A stretch of DNA of 64,000 nt from NCBI GenBank assembly GCA_012728375.1, contig JAAYFF010000025.1, forward strand, positions 13,741 through 77,740. The letters are read 5' to 3'. The notes beneath the pieces were generated by a model. The model saw only the letters and a program-made list of their open reading frames with translations, was not told where the DNA came from and made no database searches. Numbering within the stretch: position 1 is the stretch's first letter; every line of letters begins with the position of its first letter. Below, one piece after another: positions 47,132 to 56,153 of this stretch. Origin of the DNA: Bacillota bacterium. GTDB lineage: Bacteria > Bacillota > Dethiobacteria > DTU022 > UBA8154. A program made the translations under genes and the position numbers.

Positions 47132-47186
47132 ATTATATCATAATACTTTGTATTTTGTCATGCACTAACTTAGCGGTTTGTCAAGG
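47132..47186 (-). promoter_or_regulatory. nfu promoter (ATGACA-N18-TGaTATAAT on minus strand) preceded by palindrome CTAACTTAG and CAAGG
   Basis: The -10 is at 47137..47132 and the -35 at 47161..47156. The CTAACTTAGCGG module is at 47165-47176. Confidence 0.4.
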
Positions 47187-48929
47187 TCACTTTGCCGCAG
47201 CAGCCCTCGCCAGAACGTCATTTTTTAGCGCGGACATTTTGGCCTCCGCCTCTTTTTGGGAGGAAGCATTAACGGAAAAGTAGTATTTAATTTTTGGCTC
47301 CGTTCCTGATGGGCGGATGGAAAACCAAGCGCCTCCTTCAAGGGCAAAGAAGAGGACATCCGAGCGCGGCAACAGGAGTTCTCCTTCCTTCCCCGTAAGC
47401 ATGTTGAAGAACTTCCCCTGCCTGTAATCCCTACGCTCCTCTATTTTCAGCCCCCCGATCATCTCCATGGGGTTATCCCGGAAAGAGCGGAGTATTTCTG
47501 CAGCCTGGGCGATATTTTCCAGCTGAATGGACTCCAGCACTTCCAGATGGTAGCCATGTTTGCTGTAAAGCTCTTCCAGGACTTCGAGCACATTTTTCCC
47601 TTGTTTCTTATAATAGGCGGTCATTTCTACGAGCAGGGATGAAGAAATGACCGCATCCTTATCTCTCACAAAGGTTCCGGCCAGATAGCCGCAGCTTTCT
47701 TCGTATCCAAAAAGAAACCGGCGCTCCCCTGTGGAATCATATTCTTTCATTTTTTCTCCGATGTATTTAAATCCCGTCAGCGTTTCCACTGTTTCCACTC
47801 CATAGGAGGCAGCGATCTTTTTCCCAAGGTTCCCTGTAACAATGGTTTTAATCATCACCCCGTTGTCGGGAATGCCGCCTTTTTCTTGCAGCCGGCCGAG
47901 GAGATACTCCAACAACAGGGCTCCAACCTGATTGCCGTTTAAAAAGGCATATCCCTGACCGGGAGCTTTGACCGCGCAGCCCACCCGGTCGGCATCCGGG
48001 TCGGTTGCCAGGACGAGATCAGCATCTTTTGCTTCCGCAAGCCGCAGCGCCAGGTCAAATGATTTTCTTTCCTCCGGGTTGGGAGATTCCACGGTGGGGA
48101 ACGCGGGGTCCAAAGCGGCCTGTTCCTCTACAATAAAAACGTTCCGGTAGCCAAGCTCCTTGAGCAGGCGGGGAATGAGAAACAAACCTGTTCCATGAAG
48201 AGGAGTATAAACCACTCTTATGTCTTTATCGCCCTGGTTCAAAGAAAGAGATTTAATCTTTTCGAGATATATGCTGTCAAAATTTTCTTCTATATATTTC
48301 CACAAACCCCTTTCTATTGCCTCATTTTTGGAGAGAAGGTTTATGCCCGTGAAATAATCCACTTCCTTAATTTTTGCGGACAGTTCTGCAGCCAAGTCTG
48401 TTGCCGCCTGGCCTCCGTCCTCACCGTAAACCTTAAAGCCATTGTACTGAGGAGGGTTGTGACTGGCGGTAATTATTACTCCCGCCTGGCAGCCCAATTC
48501 CCTGACAGCAAAGGAAAGCTGGGGGGTGGGGCGCATTTCCCTAAAAATAAGCGCTTTAATTCCGTTTCCTGCAACAACGCGCGCTGTCTCCTCGGCAAAT
48601 TCACGGGAGTTAAAGCGGGAATCATAGGCAATAGCCACTTTTTTTTCTTTTATCTCTGGGTATTGTTGATTTATATAGTTGGCCAGCCCCTGCGTGGTTC
48701 TGCGGATGACATACTTGTTCATTTTGTTTGTCCCCGCGGCCATGATACCCCTAAGGCCGCCGGTACCAAATTCCAGCTCTGCAGCAAACCTTTCCATAAT
48801 TTCATCCTTATTATCTTTTATCTGAAGGAGTTCTTTTTTGCTCTCCTCATCGAGCGCTTCGCTGTTAAGCCATGTTTCAAAGGATATTTCCCACTGCTGT
48901 TTTTGCCTTTTGTTACTGCTGTCGTACAT
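47187..48929 (-). CDS. pgcA: Phosphoglucomutase (alpha-D-phosphohexomutase family)
   Basis: TASHNPPQYNGFKVY is the phosphoserine loop. A metal-binding DPDADR motif is present. 580 aa, PgcA-like overall. Confidence 0.85.
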   Translation of the reverse strand: MYDSSNKRQKQQWEISFETWLNSEALDEESKKELLQIKDNKDEIMERFAAELEFGTGGLRGIMAAGTNKMNKYVIRRTTQGLANYINQQYPEIKEKKVAIAYDSRFNSREFAEETARVVAGNGIKALIFREMRPTPQLSFAVRELGCQAGVIITASHNPPQYNGFKVYGEDGGQAATDLAAELSAKIKEVDYFTGINLLSKNEAIERGLWKYIEENFDSIYLEKIKSLSLNQGDKDIRVVYTPLHGTGLFLIPRLLKELGYRNVFIVEEQAALDPAFPTVESPNPEERKSFDLALRLAEAKDADLVLATDPDADRVGCAVKAPGQGYAFLNGNQVGALLLEYLLGRLQEKGGIPDNGVMIKTIVTGNLGKKIAASYGVETVETLTGFKYIGEKMKEYDSTGERRFLFGYEESCGYLAGTFVRDKDAVISSSLLVEMTAYYKKQGKNVLEVLEELYSKHGYHLEVLESIQLENIAQAAEILRSFRDNPMEMIGGLKIEERRDYRQGKFFNMLTGKEGELLLPRSDVLFFALEGGAWFSIRPSGTEPKIKYYFSVNASSQKEAEAKMSALKNDVLARAAAAK

Positions 48930-49126
48930 CGGCTTTTCCCTCCTGTAATGCTCTTTTAAGGGTAATATAATCTTTTATTTAAAAGTTATGTCCAAAAGAA
49001 TTATTTTGTATGTTTTTCCTAAAATTCTACAGCTTGAGACCTTTCCCCTACCTTTACATACTATTTTATTCCACAATAGGACCGAATTACCTCCTCTTAA
49101 TCCTGTTACGGTGCGGAGAGTTTCAA

Positions 49127-49156
49127 TTGACTTGGTAAGGATTCAATTAGTATAAT
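49127..49156 (+). promoter_or_regulatory. Sigma-A type promoter TTGACT-N18-TATAAT upstream of trxB
   Basis: ttcaaTTGACTtggtaaggattcaattagTATAATtgg. Confidence 0.45.
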
Positions 49157-49282
49157 TGGCCGCCGGGAAGGCAATGTTTAAAGGAGCACTTTTAATCATG
49201 ACCGATAATGACTTAATAATTTGCTTTCTCAGTATTAATCTGGTAAAATTTATAACGTAAGTGATAAAAAGGGGCGAAAAGA

Positions 49283-50248
49283 ATGGATTCTCGGGACAAT
49301 AAGGAAAAAATATATGATATGATCGTTTTGGGGGCAGGACCGGCCGGGCTTTCGGCGGCTATTTACGGTGGCAGGGCTCAAATGAGCACACTGGTTATTG
49401 AACCGAGAATGGCCGGTGGGGAAATTACCCTAACGGATAGGCTGGACAATTATCCCGGTTTTCCGGAGGGTATCAGCGGCTTTGAGTTCGGCTTGCTCCT
49501 TGAAAAACATGCTGCCCGTTTTGGTGCGGAAATGGTTTCGACTTTTGTAGAAAGGGTGGAGCCTGAAGGCAGGGTTAAAAAGGTTATAACTTCTTCCGGA
49601 GCTTTTTTTGGACAAACTCTTGTCATCGCTACAGGGACTGCACCGCGCACACTTGGGGTTCCAGGTGAAAGCATTTTTACCGGAAGGGGTATTTCTTTTT
49701 GCGCAACATGCGACGGCCCTCTTTTCCGGCAAAAAAGATTGGCGGTCATCGGGGGGGGCGACGCTGCTGTAGAAGAAGCCCTTTACCTTTCCAGGTTCGC
49801 TGCAGAGGTTATACTTATTCACCGAAGGAATACTCTGAGAGCTGTTCCGTATTTGCAGAAAAAACTGTCGGAAAATCCCATCATTAAATTTCTTGGCGAA
49901 ACGGTAGTCAAAGAATTTAAAGGGAATCAGAAACTGGAAAAAATTGTTCTTAAAAATGTAACCGATAATAAAGTTTCGGAAATCAGCGTTGACGGAGCCT
50001 TCTTATATATCGGGCGCGTGCCCAGCAGCGGGTTTATTGATGGTGTAGAAAAAGATAGTCAAGGATATATTATAACCAATGAGGCAATGGAAACATCCAT
50101 TTCCGGTGTCTTCGCAGCAGGCGATATCCGGCAGAAAGTCCTCCGCCAAGTTGTCACCGCTGCGGCGGATGGAGCTATCGCTGCCACCATGGCCCTTAAG
50201 TACATACAAAATAATCTAACCCTCACGGGGTACAAGAATGTTACATAG
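49283..50248 (+). CDS. trxB: Thioredoxin-disulfide reductase
   Basis: GAGPAG FAD site, redox-active CATC, and GGGDAA NADPH site. Confidence 0.9.
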   Translation: MDSRDNKEKIYDMIVLGAGPAGLSAAIYGGRAQMSTLVIEPRMAGGEITLTDRLDNYPGFPEGISGFEFGLLLEKHAARFGAEMVSTFVERVEPEGRVKKVITSSGAFFGQTLVIATGTAPRTLGVPGESIFTGRGISFCATCDGPLFRQKRLAVIGGGDAAVEEALYLSRFAAEVILIHRRNTLRAVPYLQKKLSENPIIKFLGETVVKEFKGNQKLEKIVLKNVTDNKVSEISVDGAFLYIGRVPSSGFIDGVEKDSQGYIITNEAMETSISGVFAAGDIRQKVLRQVVTAAADGAIAATMALKYIQNNLTLTGYKNVT

Positions 50249-50293
50249 AACTTTAAAAAGGAGGTGCGCCCTGGTTGAAAAACCAGGAAAACT

Positions 50294-50620
50294 ATGGATG
50301 GAAAACCCATTGACATCGGAGACAGCCAATTTTCAGATGAAGTTTTAAATGTGGATTCACCTGTTCTGGTAGATTTTTGGGCTTCGTGGTGCGGGCCGTG
50401 CCGTATGGTAGCGCCGGTACTGGAAGAGGTTGCCAAGGATTACCAAGGCAAACTAAAGGTTGTCAAAGTAAACGTAGATGATAATAGCGAGACGGCTTCA
50501 CGCTACGGAATTATGAGTATTCCCACGATGATGCTTTTTAAAAATGGAAAACCGGTGGAAACAATTGTCGGTTTTCGCAAGAAAGAGGAACTCAGCGATA
50601 TTATTGACAAGAATCTGTAA
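50294..50620 (+). CDS. trxA: Thioredoxin
   Basis: WCGPC active site. 108 aa. Confidence 0.9.
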   Translation: MDGKPIDIGDSQFSDEVLNVDSPVLVDFWASWCGPCRMVAPVLEEVAKDYQGKLKVVKVNVDDNSETASRYGIMSIPTMMLFKNGKPVETIVGFRKKEELSDIIDKNL

Positions 50621-50681
50621 TAAAAGGAGCCGTATACGGAACCCCTTTTACCGGGATAATAGGGTAAAGGGGGATTTTATT

Positions 50682-51524
50682 TTGCGAGCGATGTGGAAGG
50701 GTTCCCTCAGTTTTGGCTTGGTCAATATTCCTGTGCGCCTTTTTGCCGCCACAGAGAATAAGGGCTTGAAATTCAGGTATTTGCATCTTCCCTGTCACAG
50801 CCCGGTAGAATACAAAAGGGTCTGCCCCGTCTGCGGAAAAGAGGTGCCATGGGAAGAGCTCGCCCGCGGCTTTGAATATGAAAAAGGGGCTTTTGTTATT
50901 TTGGATGAGCAGGAATTTAAAGCTGCTGCCGGAGAAAGCGAGCACCTCATCGAAATTCAAGATTTTGTCCGGATCGAAGAAATCGATCCTGTTTATTTTC
51001 AAAGTACCTACTATCTCTCTCCCGACGGGACCGGCCGGAAACCATACGCCCTTTTGCGCAAGGCCATGGAAGATACGGGCAAGGTCGCGGTAGCCGGGAT
51101 TACCATACGAACAAAAAAGACACCTGCTGTGGTAAGGGTTTACAGGGATATTCTTGCTCTGTCAACCATGTTTTTTCCCGATGAGGTGAGGAATACCCGA
51201 GAACTTCCGGACATTCCGGGAGAGGAAACAATTCGTGACAGGGAATTGGAGATGGCCAGAGACCTCATTGAAAATCTGGCAACTCCTTTTGTTCTGGAAA
51301 AATTTCATGATACATACCGGGAAAAACTTTTGGAGATAATTGATGCCAAGATCAAAGGCAAAAAGATTGCCGTAGCACCATCGCCCGAAAGGGAAAAGGT
51401 CGTAGATTTGTTGGAAGCACTTCAGGCCAGCGTGGAAAAAGTGCGGGAAAAAAAGAGCAAAGAAACGGCAGCTCAGGAGGGGAAACCCCCGAAGGAAAAA
51501 GTAACAACAACATCCCGGCGGTGA
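50682..51524 (+). CDS. ku: Non-homologous end joining protein Ku
   Basis: MRAMWKGSLSFGLVNIPVRLF is the canonical Ku N-terminus. TTG 50682 with AAAGGGGGA RBS. The track start 50544 is rejected. Confidence 0.85.
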   Translation: MRAMWKGSLSFGLVNIPVRLFAATENKGLKFRYLHLPCHSPVEYKRVCPVCGKEVPWEELARGFEYEKGAFVILDEQEFKAAAGESEHLIEIQDFVRIEEIDPVYFQSTYYLSPDGTGRKPYALLRKAMEDTGKVAVAGITIRTKKTPAVVRVYRDILALSTMFFPDEVRNTRELPDIPGEETIRDRELEMARDLIENLATPFVLEKFHDTYREKLLEIIDAKIKGKKIAVAPSPEREKVVDLLEALQASVEKVREKKSKETAAQEGKPPKEKVTTTSRR

Positions 51525-51554
51525 TCGTTTATCTTTAAAAAATATATTATTCCT

Positions 51555-52442
51555 ATGGAGCCGCAGGCCAGCCGGATTTTGCCCCAGGAGCCGTCCTGCG
51601 TTTACCAGGTTAAATGGGACGGAATGAGGCTGCTGGCATACTGGGACGGAGTTAAGCTTTTGCTCCAGGGGAAAAGCCTTAAAGATAAAACAGCATCTTA
51701 TCCGGAACTGGCCGTATTGCCGGAGCTGGTAAAAGGGCAAAGTTTTCTGCTCGATGGGGAGTTGATTTCTTTAAAAGGGGGAAAGCCCTGTTTTTTTACT
51801 CTCATGCAGCGGGAAAACAGTTCCCCCTTTTCCCGCATACCTGTTTACTACATGGTATTCGACCTACTGCTGTTGGACGGCACTTGGCTGCTGGAAAGGC
51901 CCTGGGAAGCCCGGCAGGAATTGCTGCAAAACTCCTTGGAAAAACACGACCTCGTTTCCGTAACAAAAAATTATGCAGACGGGAAAAATTTGCTGGAAGC
52001 GGTTGCTGAAAGGGGAATGGAAGGGGTAGTCACCAAAAAAAGGGGGACTCCCTATGTTCCCGGTCCCCGCAAATCAAGTTACTGGATAAAAACCAAACTG
52101 CAGCAGACCCTGGAAGCCTGCGTCGGAGGAATATACTTAAAAGGGAAAAAACCGATTTCTTTGCTTCTGGGGGTGGAAGAAAACAGCGGCGGTGACGGAG
52201 CGGGAAAAGTTCGCTACATAGGAAGTGTAAGCAGCGGCCTGACAGAAACAGAACTTGATTTATGGCTCCAATGGGGGCTGGAAAACTCTTCAGATTACCC
52301 TCTTTTTTTTAATCCTCCTCCCAAACAACCGGGAAGAAATATTTTATGGGTAAAACCCGTCCGGAGGGTGCAGGTGCTTTTCAGCGAGTGGACCCCGGGT
52401 TTAAAACTGCGCTCTCCCCGCATAAAACATTGTCCTGCTTAG
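51555..52442 (+). CDS. ligD: ATP-dependent DNA ligase, LigD ligase-domain-only protein
   Basis: Motif I KWDGMR (adenylated Lys). 295 aa. No polymerase or phosphoesterase domain. Confidence 0.8.
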   Translation: MEPQASRILPQEPSCVYQVKWDGMRLLAYWDGVKLLLQGKSLKDKTASYPELAVLPELVKGQSFLLDGELISLKGGKPCFFTLMQRENSSPFSRIPVYYMVFDLLLLDGTWLLERPWEARQELLQNSLEKHDLVSVTKNYADGKNLLEAVAERGMEGVVTKKRGTPYVPGPRKSSYWIKTKLQQTLEACVGGIYLKGKKPISLLLGVEENSGGDGAGKVRYIGSVSSGLTETELDLWLQWGLENSSDYPLFFNPPPKQPGRNILWVKPVRRVQVLFSEWTPGLKLRSPRIKHCPA

Positions 52443-52458
52443 TAAGGAGCAATCTTCA

Positions 52459-53343
52459 ATGACCTCTTTGCTGGAAACAAGAGGGAAGAAAATAACGCTT
52501 ACCAATTTAAAAAAAGAGCTTTGGCCGGGCGAAGGGATTACTAAATATCACCTGATCAAATATTATCTGGAAGTATCCGCCTTTATGCTGCCCCACTTAG
52601 AAAACCGCTTTTTAGTTATTCAGCGCTTTCCTGAAGGAATCCACCGGCCGGGTTTTTTTCAAAAAAATATCCCCGAAGGAGCCCCGTCCTGGTTAAAAAC
52701 AGCTGTTTTTCAGGGCAGTGAAAAAGAAACCCGCTATCTGCTGTGCAGTGATCCTGAAACTCTGGCCTGGCTTGGGAATCAGGCCTGCCTGGAAATCCAT
52801 CCCTGGCTTTCATCCAGACACACTCCGGAAAAACCTGATTATGCTGTTTTTGATTTGGATCCCCCGCAGGGAGTTTCTTTCAGAAAGGTGTGTTTGGTTG
52901 CCCTGGTTTTGCATAAAATATTAAAAAAGAAAGGGCTTAAAGCCTATCCGAAAACTTCAGGTTCACGTGGGATACAGGTTTATCTTCCTTTAAAGCCTGT
53001 CTATTCCTATGAGCAGGTTAGAGACTTTACTGCCGCTGTTTTTAAAATTGTAGAAAACGAGCTTCCGGATATAACAACCACAGAAAGGAAAGTTTCCATG
53101 CGGGGGGGAAAAATTTATCTCGATCATCTGCAGAACGCCCGGGGAAAAACCCTTGTTGCGCCTTACTCGCCCCGGCCGTTGAAAGGGGCCCCTGTTTCAG
53201 CTCCACTGTTATGGGAGGAGCTTACTAACCCATCTCTTATACCTTCCTCATTTACCATTCACACCATTCTTCCCCGCCTTCGCTCAAGGGGTGAATTGTT
53301 TGCCCCGGTTCTTCATGACCGTCAGGAGATACCGAAAAAATAA
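52459..53343 (+). CDS. NHEJ polymerase/primase, LigD polymerase-domain-only protein
   Basis: The pattern is LigD Pol-domain-like (…VFDLDPP…, YSPRP). 294 aa. AAGGAG RBS. Confidence 0.8.
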   Translation: MTSLLETRGKKITLTNLKKELWPGEGITKYHLIKYYLEVSAFMLPHLENRFLVIQRFPEGIHRPGFFQKNIPEGAPSWLKTAVFQGSEKETRYLLCSDPETLAWLGNQACLEIHPWLSSRHTPEKPDYAVFDLDPPQGVSFRKVCLVALVLHKILKKKGLKAYPKTSGSRGIQVYLPLKPVYSYEQVRDFTAAVFKIVENELPDITTTERKVSMRGGKIYLDHLQNARGKTLVAPYSPRPLKGAPVSAPLLWEELTNPSLIPSSFTIHTILPRLRSRGELFAPVLHDRQEIPKK

Positions 53344-53364
53344 GTTTTTCCGCCCTTACTGCAG

Positions 53365-53393
53365 TTGACAAGTCTTGCTTATTTTAATAAAAT
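53365..53393 (+). promoter_or_regulatory. Sigma-A type promoter TTGACA-N17-TAAAAT upstream of the M24 peptidase
   Basis: gcagTTGACAagtcttgcttattttaaTAAAATtg. Confidence 0.4.
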
Positions 53394-53439
53394 TGAGAAA
53401 ATAATTAAATAAATTGAGAGAAAACGGGGTGTATGAATT

Positions 53440-54636
53440 TTGAATTTTACACCGGCGGAAGAGCTGCTGAGACGTCAGGGCAGGCTTCAGGAGAGAATTG
53501 GGCTGGAATTCCTTGACGGTGCCCTTTTAACGGAAAATATGGATCTTTTTTATTTTACCGGCTCGATGCAGCAGGGTTTTTTATTTATTCCGGATGAGGG
53601 GAATTCTCTTTATATGGTCAGGAGAAATTTTGCCAGGGCCCTGGATGAATCCGGATTGGAAATAATACGCCCCCTGAGAGATATGAAACAACTGCAAGCT
53701 TATATAAATGATTTTCGCGGTAAAAAAAAGCTTAAAAGGATTGGTCTGGAACTGGACGTTCTCCCGGTAAAGTCCTTTAGACGTCTGGAGGAAATGTTCT
53801 CCGGGGTGGAGTTTGTAGATATTTCAGGCATTATCAAGGAAATTCGCATGGTCAAGTCCGAATATGAAATAAATTTTTTTAGGAAAGCCAATGAAATAGC
53901 CTGTAGAATTTTTGAACAGATCCCTGGATTTTTGCAGGTGGGAAAGCCGGAAGCGGCCGTGTCCGCGGAGATTGAAGCCCTTTACCGGAAGGCGGGGCAC
54001 CAGGGACTGGTGCGCATGCGCACCTTTAATATGGAGATATTTTTTTGCCATGTTTTTTCCGGTGAAAACGGTACGATGAGCTCGTTTTTGGACAGCTGTA
54101 CCGCTGGGAGGGGTATTTCCCCGGCCAGCCCCCAGGCAGCCGGATGGAAGGCGCTGGCCCCCCACGAGCCCATTGGAATAGATTATACCAGCATTTATGA
54201 AGGTTATATTCTGGATCATACCAGGATCTTTTCTATCGGCGCGCTTTCTGCTGAGCTGGAGAGGGCATACCGGCTTGCCGTATCAATTCAAAATGAGATT
54301 GTTGCCAGAGCCCGCCCGGGATTAGCATGTAAGGACCTTTACCGGCTGGCTGTGGAAATGGCAGCCGGAGAAGGTCTTGATGACTACTTTATGGGGTATG
54401 GGGAGGGGCAGGTTAAATTTATTGCTCACGGTATCGGCCTCAACCTTGATGAATTTCCTGTTTTCTCTCAAGGAACGCCACATCTTCTCCAACCGGGGAT
54501 GGTCTTTGCCTTGGAACCAAAGTTTATCTTTCCGGGTAAAGGAATGGTGGGACTGGAAAACGTTTGGCTTGTAACGGATTCAGGTTTGGAAAGACTTACT
54601 ACCATGCCCGACGACTTGGTGACAATCGATTACTAA
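53440..54636 (+). CDS. Xaa-Pro aminopeptidase / M24 family metallopeptidase (creatinase-N + M24 domains)
   Basis: 398 aa with M24 metal-ligand contexts (HGIGLNLDE, ALEPK). TTG start with ACGGGGTG RBS. Confidence 0.8.
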   Translation: MNFTPAEELLRRQGRLQERIGLEFLDGALLTENMDLFYFTGSMQQGFLFIPDEGNSLYMVRRNFARALDESGLEIIRPLRDMKQLQAYINDFRGKKKLKRIGLELDVLPVKSFRRLEEMFSGVEFVDISGIIKEIRMVKSEYEINFFRKANEIACRIFEQIPGFLQVGKPEAAVSAEIEALYRKAGHQGLVRMRTFNMEIFFCHVFSGENGTMSSFLDSCTAGRGISPASPQAAGWKALAPHEPIGIDYTSIYEGYILDHTRIFSIGALSAELERAYRLAVSIQNEIVARARPGLACKDLYRLAVEMAAGEGLDDYFMGYGEGQVKFIAHGIGLNLDEFPVFSQGTPHLLQPGMVFALEPKFIFPGKGMVGLENVWLVTDSGLERLTTMPDDLVTIDY

Positions 54637-54655
54637 AAATAAAGCGGGGTTTAAT

Positions 54656-55366
54656 ATGGCGCTAATCAGTTATTTCGAAATTGCTTTTCGTCTCTTTTTA
54701 GCCCTGCTTCTTGGAGGAATTGTAGGCTTTGAGAGGGAGAGCCAGAACCGGCCGGCGGGTTTCAGGACCCATATACTGGTATCTGTGGGTTCTGCCCTGG
54801 TGATGCTGGTTTCTGCTTATAGTTTTTCCGGCGAAAATGTAGATCCGTCACGGATTGCCGCCCAGGTAGTCACAGGGGTAGGTTTTTTAGGAGCCGGGAC
54901 AATTCTCCGCCACGGGAATACCGTCACCGGACTCACTACGGCCGCGTCCCTCTGGATTGTTTCCGGAATTGGGCTTGCCGTGGGAATTGGTTTTTATATG
55001 GGCGCTGTTTTTGCCACCTTAATGGTTTTAATCAGCTTGATCGTGCTTCGCAGCCTGGAAAGCTACTTTACCCGAAAGAGATGCTTGCGCAGGCTCTGGG
55101 TAAAAGGTTTTTACCAGCCGGGACTTTTGGGTCGGGTTGGCGGCGTTTTAGGAGAACTGGGGATTTATGTCGTCAAGGTTGACCTGGGAGACGCCCAGTA
55201 CCTGGAGAGTTTTCAAAGGGATGTTATTACCATTGAGTTTGTCTTAAGATTGCCCCAGAGGACAAATGTATCCGATTTTTTATACAGGGTGGCCGTATTA
55301 GAGGGAATAATAGAGGTCGGATGGGACGGAGACGAAGTACCGGTAAATATGACAGTTAAAAAGTAA
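54656..55366 (+). CDS. mgtC: MgtC/SapB family membrane protein
   Basis: The N-terminal MgtC domain (LLLGGIVGFERE...GFRTH) plus a C-terminal ACT-like domain. Confidence 0.8.
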   Translation: MALISYFEIAFRLFLALLLGGIVGFERESQNRPAGFRTHILVSVGSALVMLVSAYSFSGENVDPSRIAAQVVTGVGFLGAGTILRHGNTVTGLTTAASLWIVSGIGLAVGIGFYMGAVFATLMVLISLIVLRSLESYFTRKRCLRRLWVKGFYQPGLLGRVGGVLGELGIYVVKVDLGDAQYLESFQRDVITIEFVLRLPQRTNVSDFLYRVAVLEGIIEVGWDGDEVPVNMTVKK

Positions 55367-55477
55367 CTTCCCAAAATGTGACCCGGGGATGAATGAATCC
55401 GGCAAAACTAGGCTATGATATAAAGGTGATCGGGCAATGGTCAGCTTTGAGTTATTTGCTCCGGGGGGAAGTAAATC

Positions 55478-55798
55478 ATGAAAGTCGTTAGTTTTCAGGA
55501 GAAAAAGAAGAAAAAGCTGGAGGATAATCTTGCTGTTTTTCAAGAGCATTTTTGGGAATGGGTTTTTGCTTACCGTTGGAAACCATGCCCCAATTGTACT
55601 CGTTTACTTATGTCCATGTTAGGCCAGGAACATCTCTGGTCGAATCTTTGCACCAGCTGTTGTTCATATTTTTATTTCTATCAGGTACTTTATGTCAGAG
55701 CAATTAAAACAATTTGCCGAAGGGGGGAAAAAGTTCCTTCCTTTCGGGAACTTGAAGACTGGTATTATGAGCAGGAGCCTTTTAAAGAAAAAGAATAA
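55478..55798 (+). CDS. Hypothetical small Cys-rich protein (CPNC...CTSCC)
   Basis: 106-aa ORF with a good SD (GGGGGGAAG, 6-nt spacing). The region is followed by a strong terminator at 55914. No recognisable family. Confidence 0.35.
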   Translation: MKVVSFQEKKKKKLEDNLAVFQEHFWEWVFAYRWKPCPNCTRLLMSMLGQEHLWSNLCTSCCSYFYFYQVLYVRAIKTICRRGEKVPSFRELEDWYYEQEPFKEKE

Positions 55799-55913
55799 GC
55801 TAAAGCTTGCCCATTGCCGGAAGGCGGGTGTTTGGACCTGCTCAGCAAGGCAAAATAGTTTGAAGCAATATTCCAGCTATGTCCCGGCGTATCTATGACC
55901 GGGCTTCCTAGAG

Positions 55914-55938
55914 AGGGGCCGACCAGAGGGCGGCCCCT
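55914..55938 (+). terminator. Rho-independent terminator AGGGGCCG-(loop)-CGGCCCCT + TTT..TTTT
   Basis: Perfect 8-bp GC stem followed by tttagaattttattt. Confidence 0.6.
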
Positions 55939-56058
55939 TTTAGAATTTTATTTGCAAATAAAAAGAGTATTTCCGAGAGATTCTTGTTGAGAATGAGAAA
56001 AAAGAACAAAACCTGCATTATTTTAAGAAAAAGCCATCAAAATAAACTTAGATTATAT

Positions 56059-56089
56059 TTGCATTATTAGGGGGAAAAAGGAGTATAAT
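56059..56089 (+). promoter_or_regulatory. Sigma-A type promoter TTGCAT-N19-TATAAT of the ctsR operon
   Basis: Located immediately upstream of the CtsR operator. Confidence 0.45.
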
Positions 56090-56097
56090 ATGAGTAA

Positions 56098-56116
56098 AGG
56101 TCAAAGATGGTCAAAG
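56098..56116 (+). promoter_or_regulatory. CtsR operator (tandem heptad AGGTCAAA-GAT-GGTCAAAG)
   Basis: A near-exact match to the CtsR box A/GGTCAAAnAnA/GGTCAAA, placed just downstream of the -10 and 38 nt upstream of the ctsR ATG. Confidence 0.85.
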
Positions 56117-56153
56117 ATATAACCTGTTAATTAAAAGAAATGGAGACGCAGCG

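Noticed and set aside
50544-50681. N-terminal extension of ku to 50544
   Set aside because: Ku proteins start with MRAMWKGS. TTG 50682 has an AAAGGGGGA RBS at ideal spacing. The extension overlaps trxA.
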